Source: Bdellovibrionota bacterium (GTDB lineage: Bacteria > Bdellovibrionota_C > UBA2361 > OMII01). From it: a DNA stretch of 51,530 nucleotides. The stretch spans positions 1-51,530 of the forward strand of contig JBIIEK010000002.1 in assembly GCA_044237895.1 (NCBI GenBank). Reading direction: 5' to 3'. The notes under the pieces were generated by a model that worked only from the letters and a program-made list of their open reading frames with translations, had not been told where the DNA came from and did not search any database. Made by a program: the position numbers and the translations under genes. This document shows positions 45,516 through 51,530 of this stretch, piece by piece (the stretch's first letter is position 1; every line of letters starts with the position of its first letter).

Positions 45516-45677
45516 GGTGGTTGCCCTCCATGACCCTTGTCACATGGCTTGCCAAAAATCACTTCCTGTACCAGAGATAGCTAAGTTCCGGTTGTCGACA
45601 CTCTTTGCTATGTTTGCATCGAACCTTTGTAGGACCGGCACTAAGAAGCATAAACCTTAAATCAAAAGGCGACATTT

Positions 45678-45977
45678 ATGAGCAATACCACCGTAAAAGT
45701 TTTTATGAGTCTAGCGCTTCTTTGTGTTGCAACGACCGCCTCACATTGTGTCGCCCAAGGAAAGGATCCTGAGGCGGTCGCTCGTCAGGCCCAGATCGAT
45801 GCCGACCTCGCCAAATCTAAGATCGAACGGCTTGAAGAGGATCAGATCTCATCCGGTGTGGTGCAGGATGAGGCTACCGTTGAGATTAGCGCCCGCAATC
45901 GTGAGATCGCGTCTGCTGAAGAGGAGGTGGCGCAAGCGGAACGTCGGCGTATAGAAGCTGAGCGCGCCGAGAAATAG
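45678..45977 (+). CDS. Small secreted coiled-coil protein
   Basis: Signal peptide (FMSLALLCVATTASHCVA), then a charged helical segment rich in E/A/R. Confidence 0.45.
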   Translation: MSNTTVKVFMSLALLCVATTASHCVAQGKDPEAVARQAQIDADLAKSKIERLEEDQISSGVVQDEATVEISARNREIASAEEEVAQAERRRIEAERAEK

Positions 45978-46019
45978 GTTGTCGTAGTTCGGACGAGGCA
46001 TCGTCGACCAATACAAGAC

Positions 46020-46066
46020 GGCGAGGTCCACGAGTTTTTCTCTCGGGGGCCTCGCCGCTTTTGTGT
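46020..46066 (+). terminator. Candidate intrinsic terminator
   Basis: GGCGAGG..CACGAG TTTTTCT CTCG..CCTCGCC forms an imperfect hairpin, followed by GCTTTTGTGTT. Confidence 0.4.
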
Positions 46067-46084
46067 TCACGTGCGGTGCGATAG

Positions 46085-46885
46085 TTAGGCGCGAATCGTT
46101 ATGTGAGAACCGGGTCGGGGCTTACGGTATGTATGCCAGGCGGATCCTCCGCGCTGGAATATCTCCCAATATTTTCGTGAGTGCCCGCTGGATCCTGGGG
46201 AGAATGCGATGTCGCCCTCTTGCACGTTGAAGCTGCCTGATGCGACCGTCGCGGACATCTGGACGTCGTTAATCGTTATCGTTACTCGCTGACCAGGTTT
46301 GAGCCCCTCGAGTTCCGCGTCTCCCTCACGGATCGTTGTCTTCAGATTTCCGAATGAATCGATGTATCCGATAGCAGAGCGAGGCGGAGGCGCGATTACG
46401 GCGTGTGGATCGAGGCGCTCAATGAGAAACTCCGTCTCTCCGCGAGCCGCTTGACCAACGAGTTGAGGGAAATTATCGCGAGAGCGGAACTGAGACCCCG
46501 CAACGTCGACCTTGATCTTCCAGAGCTCCTTAAGCTCATCCCTTACGAACGAGAGTGAGTAGCCTGAGTTGACCGCCATAACACCGACGCCGCTGTGAAG
46601 TATTCCATAGAGGAAGCCCTCGCCCTCGTTATTGGTGCGGGCCTCTCGCCGGTCCTTTCGGGGGGCGCAATTGGCGTATATCAGGGTCTCTCTCGGACGT
46701 AGCTTTTCAGATTGGTTGCCGAGTTGGGCGACGACGAATCCGGTCGATACCGTGTCGAAGCTGGCGACTGAGGTGATATGCCAGTGATAATCGGCTGGTA
46801 TTTGGGCGGCCATGGCGGAGACCACTTCGGCGCAGGCGAGGTCTCCGGGGGCATAGTCCATAACGAGATGAATCAGCTTTTGCAT
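46085..46885 (-). CDS. SAM hydroxide adenosyltransferase family protein (DUF62, SAM hydrolase-like), divergent
   Basis: The layout resembles DUF62: N-terminal LVMDYAPGD, SQFRSRDNFP (compare FHGRD.FAP), GYIDSFGNLKTTI (compare ID.FGN..TNI), and GSSGH...EIF near the C-terminus. Confidence 0.6.
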   Translation of the reverse strand: MQKLIHLVMDYAPGDLACAEVVSAMAAQIPADYHWHITSVASFDTVSTGFVVAQLGNQSEKLRPRETLIYANCAPRKDRREARTNNEGEGFLYGILHSGVGVMAVNSGYSLSFVRDELKELWKIKVDVAGSQFRSRDNFPQLVGQAARGETEFLIERLDPHAVIAPPPRSAIGYIDSFGNLKTTIREGDAELEGLKPGQRVTITINDVQMSATVASGSFNVQEGDIAFSPGSSGHSRKYWEIFQRGGSAWHTYRKPRPGSHITIRA

Positions 46886-47214
46886 CGTAACTACCTGTAT
46901 CTACAACAATAATACGAGTGTGAGGTGCTCTTCCCTTTGGAAAGCGCCCCGGGCAACCCCTATAAGGTACCAAAACCGAGATCCTTAGTCGCATTCTGAG
47001 GTATATTTTCTGTTTGGGTAAAAATCTGGGGATAGTTGGCAGTTAGCCCTTAAAAATGGTATACCCCTCCGCTAACTTATCGCACCCGCATCGGTCTTAG
47101 TGCTGTGGACGGTCAGGGTTTTTCGTTACGAGGAGCAGATTTCTCGCAAAGAAGAGCAATGACTGTTTGCGGTCAATCGGGCGGGGAGGTCAAACTAAGA
47201 CACTAAAGGTAAAA

Positions 47215-48087
47215 ATGAGTACGACAAAAAACACCGCTGCTGCTACCCAGTCCACGACTACCCAGTCTACGACCGAGGCTAGCGTTCCTGTTACTATCCG
47301 CTCCTTAATGGATGCTGGTGCTCACTACGGTCACCAAACCCAACGTTGGAACCCAAAGATGCTCCCCTTTATCTACGGAGCTCGTAATGGTGTTCACATC
47401 ATCAATCTCGATATCACGCTTAAGAAGTGGGAGATCGCTCGGAAGTACATCGTTGACCGTGTCGCTCTCGGTGGAAATGTGCTCTTCGTGGGCACGAAGC
47501 TGCAGGCTAAGGACATTGTCAAAGAAGAGGCTTCGCGATGTGGAGCTTTTTATGTTGCGTCTCGTTGGTTGGGTGGTTGCTTGAGCAACTTCCAGACGAT
47601 GAAGAACTCAATCGAGCGTATGCGCAAGCTTGAGAACCTTCTCGCTGAAGCAAACATGGAGAACTCAAAGGTTCGTCTCCACAAGAAGGAGCGTCTCGAC
47701 ATCAGCCGCCAGCTTGAGAAGCTTGAGGCTAACCTCGGTGGTATTCGCAACATGAAGAAGACTCCAGACGTTATCTTCATCGTAGACGTCGTTAAGGAGC
47801 AGATCGCGATCGCCGAGGCTAATCGCCTTCACATCCCGGTAGTTGCTCTCGTTGATACGAACGCTGATCCAGGAGCAGTGGCATTCCCGATCCCTTCAAA
47901 CGACGATGCCGCTCGCGCATTGAAGCTCTTCATCTCGGCAGCTGCTGACGCAGTGCTTGAGGGCAGGGCGATCTATCAGTCGCGCGTTCCCGGTGAGCCT
48001 CAGAACGGTACTGAGGGTGGAAAGCGTGGTGACGCTGGACGTGGACACGTCTCAGGCGTAACCGAGGGTGGAGCAGCTGTAGCATAA
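47215..48087 (+). CDS. rpsB: 30S ribosomal protein S2
   Basis: Contains LMDAGAHYGHQTQRWNPKM, IFIVD and IPVVALVDTNADP. It has a Thr/Gln-rich N-terminal extension and a Gly-rich C-terminal extension. Confidence 0.95.
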   Translation: MSTTKNTAAATQSTTTQSTTEASVPVTIRSLMDAGAHYGHQTQRWNPKMLPFIYGARNGVHIINLDITLKKWEIARKYIVDRVALGGNVLFVGTKLQAKDIVKEEASRCGAFYVASRWLGGCLSNFQTMKNSIERMRKLENLLAEANMENSKVRLHKKERLDISRQLEKLEANLGGIRNMKKTPDVIFIVDVVKEQIAIAEANRLHIPVVALVDTNADPGAVAFPIPSNDDAARALKLFISAAADAVLEGRAIYQSRVPGEPQNGTEGGKRGDAGRGHVSGVTEGGAAVA

Positions 48088-48183
48088 CCAGCCGTTCGAT
48101 TGAGCGCGCACGACGGACCGTTAAAAGTCCCGTGCGCGTTCCTGCATGTTAGTAAGAGTTTTTGAAACGATAGAGGAGAAGCT

Positions 48184-48840
48184 ATGTCACAGATTACAAG
48201 TGAGATGATCAAGAAGTTGCGCGAGATGACTGGCGCTGGAATGATGGATTGCAAGGGCGCTCTTAATGAGGCCGGCGGTTCTATCGATAAAGCTATTGAG
48301 GTTCTTCGGAAGAAGGGCTTGAAGGATATCGAGAAGCGATCTGGCAAGACTGCGGCCGAGGGCACGCTTGGTGTGTACACTCATCCAGGCGACCAGGTTG
48401 TTTCAGTCGTTGAGCTTAACTGCGAGACCGATTTCGTTGGTCGTGGAGACGAATTCCGAGCTCTCGCTCGTGACCTTGCGATGCACGTTGCGGCCATGAA
48501 GCCCCGCTTCCTGAACGTTGAAGATGTTCCTGAGCAGATCCTTGAGAAGGAGAAAGAGATCCTCCTTGAGCAGCTCAATGACGATCAGAAGAAGAAGGCT
48601 GATAAGATCCTTCCAGGTAAGGTCGAGAAGTTCCTAGAGAGCGTTGTTCTCATGAAGCAGATCTACATCAAGGATGATACCGAGTCTAAGACCATTAAGA
48701 CCCTCATCGATGACATGAGCATGCGTTGTGGTGAGAAGGTAACCGTTCGTCGCTTCAGCCGGCTTGAGGTTGGTGAAGGTGTTGAGCGAGTTCAGGGCAA
48801 CCTCGCGGCAGACGTTGCCGCAATGGTTGGGGACAAGTAG
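48184..48840 (+). CDS. tsf: Elongation factor Ts (short form)
   Basis: Contains MIKKLREMTGAGMMDCKGAL, EGT.GVYTH and ELNCETDFV. Length is 218 aa. Confidence 0.93.
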   Translation: MSQITSEMIKKLREMTGAGMMDCKGALNEAGGSIDKAIEVLRKKGLKDIEKRSGKTAAEGTLGVYTHPGDQVVSVVELNCETDFVGRGDEFRALARDLAMHVAAMKPRFLNVEDVPEQILEKEKEILLEQLNDDQKKKADKILPGKVEKFLESVVLMKQIYIKDDTESKTIKTLIDDMSMRCGEKVTVRRFSRLEVGEGVERVQGNLAADVAAMVGDK

Positions 48841-48933
48841 TTCTGACGATTCCGGCGTACATCACTAACATATGAGGTGCGCCGGAGTGTCCGTCGTCGC
48901 CGTTTTAAATGTTGGTTTGGTTCCGGAGAGTCC

Positions 48934-49650
48934 ATGGCACAGGTAAAGTACAAGCGAATCCTTCTCAAGCTCAGTGGGGAGATCCTCGGTGGCGAGAAGG
49001 GGATGGGGATTGAATCTTCAATCATCAACGCTCTTGTAAGCCAGATTAAGGAAGTAAATCAGCTCGGCGTTGAGGTGGGCGTGGTCATTGGCGGAGGAAA
49101 CATCTTCCGCGGTGTCCAGGCTGGTTCTCAAGGACTCGATCGCGTAACGGGCGACTACATGGGCATGCTCGCTACCTCGATTAATGCGCTTGCGCTACAG
49201 GATCGCTTGGAGGCTCAGGGGGTCCATACTCGGGTGCTCTCCGCCATCGAGATGAAGGAGATCTCGGAGCCTTACATCAAGCGACGTGCGACTCGTCACC
49301 TTGAAAAAGGGAGAGTGGTGATATTCGCTTGTGGTACGGGTAATCCATTCTTTACGACCGACACGGCAGCGAGTTTGCGTGCCATGGAGGTTGGAGCGGA
49401 GATCCTTCTCAAGGGTACTAAGGTCGACGCTATCTACGATTGCGATCCGGTTAAGAATGCGAACGCGAAGCCTTTCGGTAAGATCTCCTTTATGGACGTT
49501 TTGCAGAAGGGATTGCGGGTCATGGATGCTGCTGCTATCTCCCTCTGTATGGAGAACAGCCTCCCGATAGTTGTGTTCAACGTTGGAGTTGAAGGTAATC
49601 TGAAGCGAATCGTCTATGGAGAGTCGGTAGGGACTCTCGTTGAAGGCTAA
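48934..49650 (+). CDS. pyrH: UMP kinase
   Basis: Contains [35 protein letters not shown] and KGTKVD..YD.DP. The start was set at MAQVKYK. Confidence 0.95.
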   Translation: MAQVKYKRILLKLSGEILGGEKGMGIESSIINALVSQIKEVNQLGVEVGVVIGGGNIFRGVQAGSQGLDRVTGDYMGMLATSINALALQDRLEAQGVHTRVLSAIEMKEISEPYIKRRATRHLEKGRVVIFACGTGNPFFTTDTAASLRAMEVGAEILLKGTKVDAIYDCDPVKNANAKPFGKISFMDVLQKGLRVMDAAAISLCMENSLPIVVFNVGVEGNLKRIVYGESVGTLVEG

Positions 49651-49671
49651 AGATAGGGACAAGGAGATGGT

Positions 49672-50226
49672 ATGAGCGGTCAATTTGATGCGTATAAGTC
49701 TAATTGCACTAAAGGGCTCGAACACTTCAAGAAGGAGTTGAGCCGACTTCGCTCAGGACGTGCGACTCCCCAGCTCTTGGAGAGTGTGCAGGTGGAGTAT
49801 TATGGCTCGAGAGTTCCGCTTCAACAGCTCGGAATGGTTGCTGCCCCAGAGCCTCGGATGCTCACTATTCAGGTGTACGATGCCTCCGCGGTAGAGGCTA
49901 TTGAGAAGGCTATCCAACAGTCTGAGCTGGGTTTGAATCCTTCCCGCGAGGGCGCGCTTATTCGTGTTGTCATACCTGCGCTGAACGAAGAGCGCCGCAA
50001 AGACCTTATCAAGAAAGTTGGGAAGATGGCGGAGGAGACGAAGGTTTCTCTGCGAAATCTCCGACGAGATGAAGTAGAGAACGTTAAAAAGAAGGTCAAG
50101 AGTAAGGAGATGTCCGAGGACGATTCACGGCGTGCTCAGGATGAGATTCAGAAGATCCTCGACAAGGTCATCGCGGATGTGGATGTCGCAAGCGGCGCCA
50201 AAGAGAAGGAGTTGTTGGAGGTGTGA
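49672..50226 (+). CDS. frr: Ribosome recycling factor
   Basis: 184 aa. Contains LSRLRSGRATP.LL, LGLNP, IPALNEERR and RN.RRD. Confidence 0.95.
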   Translation: MSGQFDAYKSNCTKGLEHFKKELSRLRSGRATPQLLESVQVEYYGSRVPLQQLGMVAAPEPRMLTIQVYDASAVEAIEKAIQQSELGLNPSREGALIRVVIPALNEERRKDLIKKVGKMAEETKVSLRNLRRDEVENVKKKVKSKEMSEDDSRRAQDEIQKILDKVIADVDVASGAKEKELLEV

Positions 50227-50283
50227 TGAGTCACTGATGGAGACCTTCTTGTCTCCGTCGGTACTGCATTGTGCGCGAGTGGT

Positions 50284-51072
50284 ATGGCGAAGAACGGCAG
50301 CGAATCAGCGTTAGCGAATCCCAAAGCGGCCTCCGCCGTTACGCCCGAACTCAAGGTCATTCCACGTCACATCGCCATCATCATGGATGGTAACGGTCGG
50401 TGGGCCAAGAAACGCTTCCTTCCACGAGTAGAGGGCCATCGCAACGGCGCCAAGAGCGTGCGGATGGTTGTCGAGGAAGCGCGACGCTTAGGTGTTCGCC
50501 ACTTAACACTCTTCGCGTTTTCCACCGAAAATTGGCAGCGGCCGCAAGATGAAGTTGGTGGTCTTATGCACCTCTTCGTAAGTTACCTTGAATCCGAATT
50601 GGATCTCTTGCTGCGTAACGGGATTCGTTTGCGCGCGATGGGGGATACCTCTCGTCTTCCTAAAGCGGTTCGGGAGTTACTCGAACGGAATGAAGAAAAA
50701 ACCAAGGACCTCACCGGCATGGACCTGATCCTCGCCGTATCCTACGGCGGACGAGATGAGGTAGTACAGGCAGTGCGAAAGATCGGTCGCGGAATCCAGT
50801 CCGGTGAGATCGACCCGGAGATGATCACGGAGGAATCTTTCGCCAAGAATCTTTACCTCCCGGATGTTCCGGATCCTGAACTCCTCATTCGAACGAGTGA
50901 TGAGAACCGTATCTCGAATTTCCTCCTTTGGCAGCTTGCGTACGCGGAGATAGTCGTAACTCCGGTGCTATGGCCTGATTTTACGTCTGATGAATTTCAT
51001 AGGTGTCTTCATGTCTTCGCAGGGCGCAATCGCAGATTCGGACGAACTCAAGAGCAGATCGACAGTGTCTAA
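50284..51072 (+). CDS. uppS: Isoprenyl transferase (undecaprenyl-diphosphate synthase)
   Basis: Contains PRHIAIIMDGNGRWA, LTLFAFSTENW.RP, IRTSDENRISNFLLWQ.AY.E and W.DF. Confidence 0.93.
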   Translation: MAKNGSESALANPKAASAVTPELKVIPRHIAIIMDGNGRWAKKRFLPRVEGHRNGAKSVRMVVEEARRLGVRHLTLFAFSTENWQRPQDEVGGLMHLFVSYLESELDLLLRNGIRLRAMGDTSRLPKAVRELLERNEEKTKDLTGMDLILAVSYGGRDEVVQAVRKIGRGIQSGEIDPEMITEESFAKNLYLPDVPDPELLIRTSDENRISNFLLWQLAYAEIVVTPVLWPDFTSDEFHRCLHVFAGRNRRFGRTQEQIDSV

Positions 51073-51530
51073 GGCTCTTCTCTCGGCTTTTTCTTTTGAC
51101 CATACGGGGTCGCTGAAAGATAGACTCCTTACAGCGCTTATCGTCTTAAGTGTCGCGGTAGTCCTTACGTATCTGGCATTGGCTATGCCGCTTGGGAAGT
51201 TGATCGCCGTTACCTTTACCGGGGCTGTCGCTATCCTGTCTGTGTTTGAGGTCGTGCGTCTTTTCGCGCGCGACGTGGACACGATGGCGTATCGTCCAGT
51301 CGCAGGCGCGATAACCTTTGTCGTTCTCGGGGCGCCCGCGTTTGTCGCGATCGTGTCCTCGGTTTCTCTGGTTGTCTCTGGTGTTTCGAATCCGGAAGCA
51401 CTGCTGCTCGCAGTGGAGTCGAGTGGTGTGGCACTCATGATCATGCAGGTTCTGGCGGGGCGAAATCGGCTTGAGGATGCAAGTCGGTTTGGTGAGCGAT
51501 ATGCACCGGCGTTTCTTTTGCTCTGTATCT
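51011..51530 (+). CDS. cdsA: Probable phosphatidate cytidylyltransferase, N-terminal part (runs off the window)
   Basis: The frame is open from the ATG at 51011 to the window end, overlapping the uppS 3' end. The product is hydrophobic and multi-TM, with LKDRLLTALIVL near its start. The canonical uppS-cdsA gene order supports the call. The catalytic C-terminal part is not in the window. Confidence 0.55.
   Translation, partial: MSSQGAIADSDELKSRSTVSKALLSAFSFDHTGSLKDRLLTALIVLSVAVVLTYLALAMPLGKLIAVTFTGAVAILSVFEVVRLFARDVDTMAYRPVAGAITFVVLGAPAFVAIVSSVSLVVSGVSNPEALLLAVESSGVALMIMQVLAGRNRLEDASRFGERYAPAFLLLCI

Noticed and set aside
1-51530. Mobile elements, prophage, integrase, toxin-antitoxin or known defence systems.
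   Set aside because: No ORF shows transposase (DDE), tyrosine or serine recombinase, phage structural, restriction-modification or other recognisable defence motifs. The only mobility-like signals are the repeat families reported above.

Overview
This 51.5 kb window looks like a chromosomal segment from a moderately GC-rich diderm (Gram-negative-type) bacterium. The diderm call rests on OmpA-domain proteins, an outer-membrane-barrel-like protein, AmpD, an M23 peptidase and lipoprotein signals. Coding density is high and several convergent gene pairs abut or overlap.

Recognisable core genes:
- rarA, tag, dtd, a 5-formyl-THF cyclo-ligase, a ymdB-type phosphoesterase, pyk, dprA, tRNA-His and glyQS.
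- The conserved rpsB-tsf-pyrH-frr-uppS-(cdsA) block at the right edge.
- A futalosine-route menaquinone gene set: an mqnE-like radical SAM gene, ubiE/menG, ubiX-like, a UbiA-family prenyltransferase and mqnD.

No transposase, integrase, CRISPR array, rRNA or recognisable defence genes were seen.

Observations that stand out:
1. A roughly 9 kb block (35.6-44.7 kb) sits between the prenylation genes and mqnD. It holds two GT-C-type membrane glycosyltransferases, a GT2 enzyme, a DxD protein, small and membrane proteins, and a 704-aa orphan. This is the best candidate for an undescribed envelope glycosylation system.
2. A three-unit tandem array starts 4 nt after tRNA-His, and each unit ends in a tRNA 3'-end-like motif. 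It is followed by about 5 kb of secreted or hypothetical genes.
3. An operon-like trio encodes an outer-membrane-barrel-like protein, a periplasmic HMA (MerP-like) protein and a MerT-like membrane protein, with no merA or merR.
4. A GC-rich palindromic repeat family fills one convergent intergenic gap.
5. Nested palindromes lie upstream of glyQS.
6. A structured intergenic region sits in the classical 6S RNA position upstream of the 5-formyl-THF cyclo-ligase gene.

All functional calls come from motif and pattern recognition by eye. No database search was run.
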